This document shows, in pieces, positions 1 through 6,705 of a stretch of DNA of 37,164 bases (position 1 is its first letter; every line of letters begins with the position of its first letter). The notes under the pieces are model-generated. The model was not told the DNA's origin. It ran no database searches and saw only the letters and a list, made by a program, of their open reading frames with translations. The stretch lies in the IMG/VR virus record IMGVR_UViG_3300045988_130823. One strand, written 5' to 3'. Origin of the DNA: a virus. The position numbers and the translations under genes were made by a program.

Positions 1-55
1 TGGCTTTTATTTTTTTGTTTTCCCACATTTTTCCCACTTTAGTTTTTGATAAAAT
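1..55. repeat. Terminal 55-bp sequence identical to 37110..37164 (circular closure / assembly overlap)
   Basis: Exact string identity checked base by base. Confidence 0.95.
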
Positions 56-1274
56 CACTAAGAAGTTCTGCAACTTTTGCTTTATCATCAGGAAACACAT
101 AAATATAATATTTTTCAGTTATTTTGATAGAGCTATGGCCTAATAGTGATTTAACATCATGAATTAATGCTCCTTTTCGAATTAACATAGTTGCATATGT
201 ATCACGAATAGAATGAGGTTTTTTATAAGCAATTTCAATCTTATTTAAAAATCTTTGCCATGCTCTATAAAAGTTTTTCATATCAATTGGATTGCAAGTT
301 TTTGTTGTAAAAAGTAAACAATCGTCATTAAATATCATATCATTTTGTTTATATTTTATTTCTTGTTCTCTTAAATATTTTTGTATTATTGGCCAAAAGG
401 AAGTAGCAAAGGGTACATTTCTTATGCTAGTTGTAGATTTGGGTCTTATTAATTTTGTTTCTCTATGCCAATTATTACTACTATCAAATATTCTAATTCT
501 CTTTATAGTATTTCTTACTTTAACTTGATATGGTTCAATAAATTTCTTTTTAAGTCCAAGTAATTCTCCTAATCTTAAACCTGTTAGAAAACTTAATTGT
601 ACAGCAACATTAAAAGTATTATCTTCATCTTCTTTATAAATTAAATTTGATGTAATTTTATTTAGTTCTTCGTCTGAAAAAGCTTGTATATCATTTCCTT
701 CGATTTCTAAATCACTTTCGTCTTCTTCACCATCTGCGTTACCAGGAATTTCGATATTTTTTAAAGAACATGGATTTTCTAATGTATAGTGCTGCGTAAT
801 ACAGTAATTAAAAAATACTCTTAAAGTTTTATTTAGATCTGCAATTTTTTTTGAACTAACAGAACGATGAACTATTTTATTTGTTTTTCCAGGTTTCATA
901 TTAATACCTTTTTCATATAGTTCATTATAATATTTTTGAAATGGAAGTGATACAGCATTCTGAACAAATAGTTTACCAATACTTTTATTTTTTATATAAT
1001 TTCGATAATTAGCTTCATGTTTTTCAAAACTTCCAGATTTTTTATTTTGTGAATGAATTAATACATCAAAAAGCCAATGCTCCATTGCTTCTTGTACAGT
1101 CAATGTGCTAGCTTTTACATTAAGTCCACTTTTTATTTTTTCGGTATATTCTTCAATTTGTTTTTCAACATCTTTTTTCCCTTTTCCATAAAATTCTTTT
1201 CTTATATTTCCAAATTTTTTAGTTTTACGATAATAGTTATAACCATTTTTGGTATAGTTATATGAGATAGCCAT
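39..1274 (-). CDS. int: Tyrosine integrase (site-specific recombinase)
   Basis: C-terminal HSIRDTYAT...LLGHSSIKITEKYY gives the R-H-R-Y catalytic signature. An SD AAGGAG lies upstream, and the gene is adjacent to the attP-like region. Confidence 0.9.
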   Translation of the reverse strand: MAISYNYTKNGYNYYRKTKKFGNIRKEFYGKGKKDVEKQIEEYTEKIKSGLNVKASTLTVQEAMEHWLFDVLIHSQNKKSGSFEKHEANYRNYIKNKSIGKLFVQNAVSLPFQKYYNELYEKGINMKPGKTNKIVHRSVSSKKIADLNKTLRVFFNYCITQHYTLENPCSLKNIEIPGNADGEEDESDLEIEGNDIQAFSDEELNKITSNLIYKEDEDNTFNVAVQLSFLTGLRLGELLGLKKKFIEPYQVKVRNTIKRIRIFDSSNNWHRETKLIRPKSTTSIRNVPFATSFWPIIQKYLREQEIKYKQNDMIFNDDCLLFTTKTCNPIDMKNFYRAWQRFLNKIEIAYKKPHSIRDTYATMLIRKGALIHDVKSLLGHSSIKITEKYYIYVFPDDKAKVAELLSDFIKN

Positions 1275-1398
1275 AAAAAACTCCTTTCAAACTTATGTTC
1301 TCTTGAAAGAAGCTAAAATTATATATATAATAATAGAAACTCTTTCAAGAGTTGATAGAGATAGATAATATACGAACTTTGGTCAGGGAGTATATTAT

Positions 1399-1998
1399 CT
1401 ATTTTTCATTTATTTTTAAATTTTCTTGTCTTGACTTTTTTATTAATCGAGCTAATCTTCCAGGCATTTGTCCAGAAGTTCCATCTTTATAAAATCCTAC
1501 TTCAATAGCATATTTACAAATGTCTATAGCCTTTTCATATTCTTTTTGCTTTTCATAGATTATTGCTAATCTTTGAAAAGTTTCATAATTAATTAAATGT
1601 TTTTCTAAATCATCATTATAGTAATCAGCTTTTTCTTTACAATAATTTAAAATTTCTGGAGCTAAATCTATATCTTCTAAACATAAATTGATAACTTTTT
1701 GCATTTCTGGATTATTTGGTAAAGCTAAATTATTTATAACAGTATACAACATATTAATTTTTTCTATATTTTGATAATGTTTATGTAATACATTGGAATA
1801 TTTTTTTTCAATTTTAGATAAAATTTCGAAATTATTATTTGTAAAAGGAGAGTAATTAGTTTGATGCATATATAATTCTACTTTATCTTTATTAGTATAT
1901 TTGCAATAAAAGTATACTATAGCCCAGATACCACAAGTAAAATATGTCAGAATAATATGAAACCAGATGCTTCTTTTTTTTAATATCCAATTTTTCAT
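1399..1998 (-). CDS. Membrane-anchored protein with a TPR-like C-terminal domain; lysogeny-module moron of unknown function
   Basis: N-terminal TM segment (IWFHIILTYFTCGIWAIVYFY). C-terminal helical repeat ...RLAIIYEKQKEYEKAIDICKYAIEVGFYKDGTSGQMPGRLARLIKK. Located between int and the repressor. Confidence 0.6.
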   Translation of the reverse strand: MKNWILKKRSIWFHIILTYFTCGIWAIVYFYCKYTNKDKVELYMHQTNYSPFTNNNFEILSKIEKKYSNVLHKHYQNIEKINMLYTVINNLALPNNPEMQKVINLCLEDIDLAPEILNYCKEKADYYNDDLEKHLINYETFQRLAIIYEKQKEYEKAIDICKYAIEVGFYKDGTSGQMPGRLARLIKKSRQENLKINEK

Positions 1999-2007
1999 GA
2001 AAACCTC

Positions 2008-2661
2008 CTAAAATTCTCTTTTTAATTGTTTAACTACACCAATTATAAGAACAGGAATAGTTTTCATTTCATCATAGGTAAATATCAGAGGTTCATATTT
2101 AGTATTAAAAGGTTGTAATAATATACCATTATTTGCTTTTTTTCCTTTTTTAATTGTAGCTTCATCTCCATTTATAATAGCAACAACAATATCTCCAGTT
2201 TCAAAATCTTCTTGTTTTTTTATTATTACAATATCATCTTCTATTAAAACAGGGGACATACTGTCACCTTTTACTTTTAGTGCAAAGTAATCAGCGCCAT
2301 CTTTAACTAAACTCTGTTCTACATCTATAGTGCCTTCCCAATTTTCTTGTGCCATGTAATCATAACCAGCTTTTACTATTCCTAATAAAGGCAAAGATAC
2401 AACAGGATTTCCAAGAAGATCTTTATTTTGTCGTTGATCATCTTCAATACGATCTATAGTAGTATCATAACCTAATAGCCATGATTCGCTAACATTTAAA
2501 AATTTTGCTAACTTATATATGTTTTTTTGTTTAGGTTCGTATAAACCTGACATATATTGACTAATAGCAGATTTTGGTATACCTGTACCATTTGCTATAT
2601 CAATGGGTTTTATATCTTTTATTTTTAAAATTCTATTAAATCTATCTTTAAATGTTTCCAA
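2008..2661 (-). CDS. CI-type repressor: XRE HTH plus LexA-like S24 autopeptidase domain
   Basis: N-terminal HTH (IANGTGIPKSAISQYMSG), a candidate Ala-Gly cleavage site (VKAGYD), the catalytic Ser motif GDSMSP and a downstream Lys (TIKKGKK). TTG start with a GGGGG SD. Confidence 0.85.
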   Translation of the reverse strand: METFKDRFNRILKIKDIKPIDIANGTGIPKSAISQYMSGLYEPKQKNIYKLAKFLNVSESWLLGYDTTIDRIEDDQRQNKDLLGNPVVSLPLLGIVKAGYDYMAQENWEGTIDVEQSLVKDGADYFALKVKGDSMSPVLIEDDIVIIKKQEDFETGDIVVAIINGDEATIKKGKKANNGILLQPFNTKYEPLIFTYDEMKTIPVLIIGVVKQLKREF

Positions 2662-2684
2662 ATTATAACCCCCTTACGAATAAT

Positions 2685-2713
2685 ATTATAATTTATTATA
2701 GTTCAAGTTTCAA
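2685..2713 (-). promoter_or_regulatory. Putative leftward promoter for the repressor operon
   Basis: Minus-strand TTGAAA (2713-2708), 17 bp spacer, TATAAT (2690-2685), just upstream of the repressor SD. Confidence 0.45.
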
Positions 2714-2724
2714 GTTTTTTTGAA
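2700..2724. promoter_or_regulatory. Operator-like half-site cluster (AGTTCAAG, TTCAA-N6-TTGAA) overlapping the leftward -35
   Basis: Inverted TTCAA/TTGAA pentamers. The core is shared with the other sites in the switch region. Confidence 0.4.
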
Positions 2725-2738
2725 AATAAAGTTAAAAA

Positions 2739-2755
2739 AATTGAACTTTTTTCAA
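2739..2755. promoter_or_regulatory. Operator-like site AATTGAACT / TTGAA-N5-TTCAA
   Basis: One copy of the 9-mer AATTGAACT plus an inverted pentamer pair, between the divergent promoters. Confidence 0.45.
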
Positions 2756-2763
2756 AAAAAGTA

Positions 2764-2792
2764 TTGACAATAAAAAAATTAAAATATATACT
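2764..2792 (+). promoter_or_regulatory. Putative rightward early promoter
   Basis: TTGACA (2764-2769), 17 bp spacer, TATACT (2787-2792), upstream of the cro-like gene. Confidence 0.6.
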
Positions 2793-2808
2793 CTTATCAA
2801 GTTAAGAA

Positions 2809-2817
2809 AATTGAACT
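2809..2817. promoter_or_regulatory. Operator-like 9-mer AATTGAACT next to the cro-like SD
   Basis: Second exact copy of the 9-mer, between the -10 element and the AGGAGG SD. Confidence 0.4.
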
Positions 2818-2833
2818 GAAAGGAGGAAAAAAA

Positions 2834-3052
2834 TTGGAATTTGATTATAGCAAATTATTAGGAAAGATAAGGGAAGTATTTGGAACACAAACTGCGTTTG
2901 CTACAGCTATTGGAATTAGTTATCAAAGTATGAGCTATAAATTAAATAATCAAAGTGAATTTACTAGTTCAGAGATATTTAAATCAGTAAAAGCATTAAA
3001 GATTCCAATACGAAAGATTCCACTATATTTTTTTACATTAAAAGTTCAATAA
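2834..3052 (+). CDS. Cro-like / XRE-type HTH regulator
   Basis: Small protein divergent from the repressor. HTH-like TQTAFATAIGISYQSMSYKLN. TTG start 7 nt after AGGAGG. Confidence 0.7.
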   Translation: MEFDYSKLLGKIREVFGTQTAFATAIGISYQSMSYKLNNQSEFTSSEIFKSVKALKIPIRKIPLYFFTLKVQ

Positions 3053-3060
3053 ATTGAACT
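3043..3060. promoter_or_regulatory. Perfect palindrome AGTTCAAT-aa-ATTGAACT (third AATTGAACT copy)
   Basis: 8-bp arms with a 2-bp spacer, spanning the cro-like stop codon. No T-run follows, so an operator is more likely than a terminator. Confidence 0.45.
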
Positions 3061-3081
3061 GAATAGAGAGAAGGTGAGAAA

Positions 3082-3330
3082 TTGCAAGAAAAATATATAA
3101 GCATGAATGCATATATGAAGAAATATGGTCTGGGCTATAAAACAGTAAAAAATATGATTGAAAATAAAGAACTGGAAGCAATAAAAACAGAAGGTGGCCA
3201 ATACAAAATAAAAATTTCAAATGACATGGTAAGTAAATCAGTTTTTGAAGAAGAACATAAAAAACGAATTGAGGCAGAAACGACAATAGGAATATTACAA
3301 AAAATTTTATTAGAGAGGAGTGAAAAATAA
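3082..3330 (+). CDS. Excisionase-like / MerR-type HTH DNA-binding protein
   Basis: NAYMKKYGLGYKTVKNMIENKELEAIKTEGGQYKI resembles the excisionase-family HTH. TTG start after AAGGTGA; an alternative ATG is at 3103. Confidence 0.5.
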   Translation: MQEKYISMNAYMKKYGLGYKTVKNMIENKELEAIKTEGGQYKIKISNDMVSKSVFEEEHKKRIEAETTIGILQKILLERSEK

Positions 3331-3599
3331 TGAGAATAAAAAACAAATTTAAATTTATAAGAAGCACAATAATTTTAATACTTATACTTTTAGGAATTTT
3401 CTGTATTTCTGTATCTAAAGAAAAAACAGAATATATAGACTACACAGTAGGCAAAGGTGAAACATTATGGAGTATAGCTGCAGATAGAACAGATGGAGAT
3501 ATAAGAAATTACATTTATACAATTAAAGATATAAATGGAATGACATCGAGCGAATTGCAAGAAGGACAGACAATTAAACTTTTGAAGGAGGTGAAATAA
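3330..3599 (+). CDS. YneA-like small membrane LysM protein (candidate cell-division inhibitor)
   Basis: N-terminal TM (IILILILLGIFCISV) followed by the LysM motif YTVGKGETLWSIAADRTDG...LQEGQTIKL. This is the architecture of Bacillus YneA. Confidence 0.6.
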   Translation: MRIKNKFKFIRSTIILILILLGIFCISVSKEKTEYIDYTVGKGETLWSIAADRTDGDIRNYIYTIKDINGMTSSELQEGQTIKLLKEVK

Positions 3600-3603
3600 A
3601 TAT

Positions 3604-3897
3604 ATGGATAAGTTGGACAAGTTATATTTAGACAATACATTAAGAAAAGCAAAGCTAGAAAACAGTATAAGAAATTTAGAACAAGTATCTAATCGAGTTA
3701 TAAAGAAATACAAATATGATGAAGCAGAATTAGATGCAAATATAGCAAAAAGTTTATTTGAAATGGAAGATACAACTAAATTCTTATTACTAGTTAGTAA
3801 TTCAGAACACAATGAAGAAGAAGCAAGACAAAAATTAGAAATAATTCACGAAAAATTAAAAATGCTATGTATCTATCCGCTAAAACAGAACACATAG
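3604..3897 (+). CDS. Hypothetical coiled-coil protein
   Basis: ORF with a GGAGGTGA SD. No recognisable motif. Confidence 0.6.
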   Translation: MDKLDKLYLDNTLRKAKLENSIRNLEQVSNRVIKKYKYDEAELDANIAKSLFEMEDTTKFLLLVSNSEHNEEEARQKLEIIHEKLKMLCIYPLKQNT

Positions 3898-3970
3898 CAA
3901 AAAAGAACATAAAAAAATATTCTCTCTAATTATATTAACATAATCAGAGAAATAAATCAAGGAGGTAGAA

Positions 3971-4384
3971 ATGAATATATACGAATTAACTGGAAATTAT
4001 GAACATCTTTTAAATATGTTATATGACGAAGATGTGGATGAAAAAGCATTGTTAGATACATTAGAAAGTATTGAAGGAGACATAGAAGATAAAGCAGATG
4101 GATATGCAAAAATCATAAAAGAATTAGAAACACAAAGCAATGCAAGGAAAGAAGAAGCAAAAAGATTAACACAAAGTGCAAAAACAATAGATAACAGAAT
4201 AAAAATGCTAAAAAGCAATTTGTTTAATTGCATGAAAATAACAGGAAAAACAAAGTTTACTACAAATTTATTTAGTTTTAGCATTGCTAAAAATGGAGGA
4301 AAACAAGCTTTAACAATAGATGGAGATGTACCAGAAGAATATAAAAAACAAAACTTGGGGCTGCAGAATAAATACAAAAGATAA
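3971..4384 (+). CDS. Siphovirus Gp157-like protein
   Basis: MNIYELTGNYEHLLNMLYDEDVDE...IEDKADGYAKIIKELE matches the Gp157-family pattern. It heads a Gp157 / AAA_24 / DUF669 replication module. Confidence 0.65.
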   Translation: MNIYELTGNYEHLLNMLYDEDVDEKALLDTLESIEGDIEDKADGYAKIIKELETQSNARKEEAKRLTQSAKTIDNRIKMLKSNLFNCMKITGKTKFTTNLFSFSIAKNGGKQALTIDGDVPEEYKKQNLGLQNKYKR

Positions 4385-4607
4385 ATCAAAATCTAAACAA
4401 ATAATAAAGTATTTTAAAAATACTAGGAGAGAACAAATAAAAGCGTGGAGAAAAGAATGGAAACTTACGACTGAAGATTTTATAAATGTTTTAGTAATTT
4501 ATTTAAATGGAAGAAGAGATATAAACAAAAGAATTTATAAAGCACTTAAAAAAAATTATATAAAGGAGGTAATAAGTAATGGCTATACCAGTATTAATCA
4601 TAGGTAA
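4320..4607 (+). CDS. Hypothetical basic protein (doubtful; start uncertain)
   Basis: This is the only ORF covering the 195-nt gap 4385-4578. It overlaps the Gp157-like gene by 65 nt and has no clear SD. Confidence 0.3.
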   Translation: MEMYQKNIKNKTWGCRINTKDKSKSKQIIKYFKNTRREQIKAWRKEWKLTTEDFINVLVIYLNGRRDINKRIYKALKKNYIKEVISNGYTSINHR

Positions 4608-5211
4608 ATCTGGTAGTGGTAAAAGTACAAGCCTTAGAAATTTTGGAGAAAAAGAATTAGCACTTGTAAATGTTATAAAAAAACCACTTCCTTTTAGGAA
4701 AAAATTTGAAAGCACATTAGAAACAGATGACTATAAAACAATTGCTGAAAGTATTTATAAAACAAAGAAGAAGGCTATTGTAATAGATGATTCAGGATAT
4801 TTAATAACAAACCAGTTTATGAAGAATCATTCAAAAGCAGGAGGAGGTAATTCTGTATTTAATTTATACAATGATTTAGCAGATAGATTTTGGAATCTTA
4901 TTGAGTTTATGAAAAACAAAGTTGACCAGGATAAAATAGTTTACTTTATTATGCATGAAGATAAGAATGATGCAGGAGATATAAAACCAAAAACGATAGG
5001 AAAATTACTAGACGAAAAAGTATGTATAGAGGGAATGTTTACAATAGTTTTAAGAACAGATATAGAAGATGGAAAATACATATTTAAGACACATACAGAT
5101 GGTAAAGATGTAACTAAAACACCAATTGGAATGTTTGAAGAAAATGTGATTGAAAATGATTTGAAGTATGTAGATGGAATAATAAGAAAATATTATGAAA
5201 TTGGAGGTTAA
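4579..5211 (+). CDS. P-loop ATPase, AAA_24 / Sak4-like
   Basis: Walker A IIGKSGSGKST and Walker B-like AIVIDDSG. Synteny with Gp157 and DUF669. Confidence 0.7.
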   Translation: MAIPVLIIGKSGSGKSTSLRNFGEKELALVNVIKKPLPFRKKFESTLETDDYKTIAESIYKTKKKAIVIDDSGYLITNQFMKNHSKAGGGNSVFNLYNDLADRFWNLIEFMKNKVDQDKIVYFIMHEDKNDAGDIKPKTIGKLLDEKVCIEGMFTIVLRTDIEDGKYIFKTHTDGKDVTKTPIGMFEENVIENDLKYVDGIIRKYYEIGG

Positions 5212-5216
5212 AGTAA

Positions 5217-5585
5217 ATGGCAGATTTTGAAGATTTAAAATTTAATTCTAGAGTTTTTGAAGAAATTAGGAATCAATTAGATAAGATGATACAGGCTTAT
5301 ACAAATATAGCTATGCAATCTAATAAAGCATCTGAAATTAATTTAAAAATAAATATAGATGTAATTAATACTTATGATGAAGAAAATGAAAATGTAATTA
5401 GGCCTTTATATGAATGTAAATTAAATGGAAAGATTAAAGAAACTAAAGACGAAATAAAAGGAACATTAGGAGATAATTACATACTAAAAAGAGATGAAGA
5501 AAGTGGCGAATTATATATAAAAGAAATAAATGAACAATTAAGTTTTAATGATATGGAAGGAGAAGATGAAGATGATAGATTTTAA
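5217..5585 (+). CDS. Hypothetical acidic protein
   Basis: ORF with an SD. Acidic C-terminus (EGEDEDDRF). Confidence 0.6.
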   Translation: MADFEDLKFNSRVFEEIRNQLDKMIQAYTNIAMQSNKASEINLKINIDVINTYDEENENVIRPLYECKLNGKIKETKDEIKGTLGDNYILKRDEESGELYIKEINEQLSFNDMEGEDEDDRF

Positions 5586-6153
5586 TGAAGAAGAATATAA
5601 AAAAGCACAAGCTTTTGATGGAGAAACAGTTAAATTACCTGCAGGAGGGTACATATGCAAAATATTAAACGTAAAAAATGAAAAAAGTAAAAATGGTAAA
5701 AAAATGTTAAGTGTAGCATTAGATATCGCTGAAGGAGAATTTTCTGGATTCTTTATGAATCAATACGAAAATAGAAAGAAAACGAGTAATCCAGAAAATC
5801 CTGCGAAATTTCCAAATAATGCAGTAGTTAGATATGTACTAGAGGGAGATTATTGGTTAAACAGATTTAAAGGATTAATGACATCACTTGAAAAATCAAA
5901 TGATAATTTTAGTTGGCTAGAATGTAATCATGATGAAAATAAAATAAAGGGATTACATATTGGAGCAATCTTTGGAGAAGAAGAATATGAAAAAATGGAT
6001 GGTTCTATTGGTACAACTACAAAAGTTACTCAAATTAGAAGTACAGAAATAATTAAAGAAGGAAACTATACTGTTCCAGAAAAGAAAAAATTAGAAAAAG
6101 AAGAAGATCCATTTGAAAATATAGGAAATAGCGTTAATGACCTTCCTTTTTAG
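5572..6153 (+). CDS. DUF669-like protein (putative ssDNA-binding component of the replication module)
   Basis: The pattern LPAGGYICKILNVKNEKSKNGKKMLSVALDIAEGEF resembles DUF669. GGAAGGAG lies 9 nt before ATG 5572; in-frame alternatives are at 5548 and 5566. Confidence 0.6.
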   Translation: MIDFNEEEYKKAQAFDGETVKLPAGGYICKILNVKNEKSKNGKKMLSVALDIAEGEFSGFFMNQYENRKKTSNPENPAKFPNNAVVRYVLEGDYWLNRFKGLMTSLEKSNDNFSWLECNHDENKIKGLHIGAIFGEEEYEKMDGSIGTTTKVTQIRSTEIIKEGNYTVPEKKKLEKEEDPFENIGNSVNDLPF

Positions 6154-6165
6154 GAGGTTCACTAT

Positions 6166-6705
6166 ATGAACAAAATAAAAGAAGTAAAAGAATTAACAAA
6201 CATAATTGATGTTGCAAACTTATTAGGTTTAAACCTAAATAGAGCACACTTTTGTAAATGTCCTTTCCATACTGAAAATACAGCTAGTTTATCAGTATCA
6301 GAGAAAAAACAAGTTTGGAAATGTTTTGGCTGTGGAAAAGGTGGAGATGCAATTAATTTAGTAGAAGATTTATTAAATATAAATGCTTATCAAGCAGCTA
6401 AATACATAAATGATAATTTAGGTTTAGGACTAGATTTCAAAGGAAAAAACGATGAAATAAAAATTAATAGATATAAGCAAAAACAAATAGCAAAACAACA
6501 ATTTAAAAAATGGGAAAATAGAAGCTTTCAAATTTTATGTGATAGCATACATAAAATGAATTTTGTAGAGAAAGACCAGGAATTAAGTATTATAGATTAT
6601 TATTTGGAAGCTTTTATTTGTGGAACAGATGAAGAAAAAATTGAACTATACAAAGATAGTTCTTTTAGAAAGAAGGTGGACCAACTTGCAAAAAGATATG
6701 GCTGA
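6166..6705 (+). CDS. CHC2 (DnaG-type) zinc-finger protein, primase-related
   Basis: CKCPFHTENTASLSVSEKKQVWKCFGCGKGGDAINL is a zf-CHC2 motif. No TOPRIM motif was seen in its 179 aa. Confidence 0.75.
   Translation: MNKIKEVKELTNIIDVANLLGLNLNRAHFCKCPFHTENTASLSVSEKKQVWKCFGCGKGGDAINLVEDLLNINAYQAAKYINDNLGLGLDFKGKNDEIKINRYKQKQIAKQQFKKWENRSFQILCDSIHKMNFVEKDQELSIIDYYLEAFICGTDEEKIELYKDSSFRKKVDQLAKRYG

Noticed and set aside
1-55. The terminal 55-bp repeats as attL/attR or a packaged direct terminal repeat
   Set aside because: The window contains no host flanks. The repeat boundaries coincide exactly with the window ends and cut through a hairpin and the int 3' end. A circular-assembly overlap is the simpler explanation, although only read data can settle it.
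1284-1309. Hairpin (CTTTCAA-N12-TTGAAAG) whose minus-strand 3' arm overlaps the integrase SD, as a possible translational control element
   Set aside because: The stem is only 7 AT-rich base pairs with a 12-nt loop. That is too weak and too likely by chance in this composition to claim as a feature.
4385-4578. Possible frameshifted C-terminal extension of the Gp157-like gene into ORF 4320..4607
   Set aside because: Neither alternative frame after 4340 gives sequence that I can relate to Gp157 C-termini, and one frame closes within a few codons. The ORF is kept only as a low-confidence hypothetical CDS.
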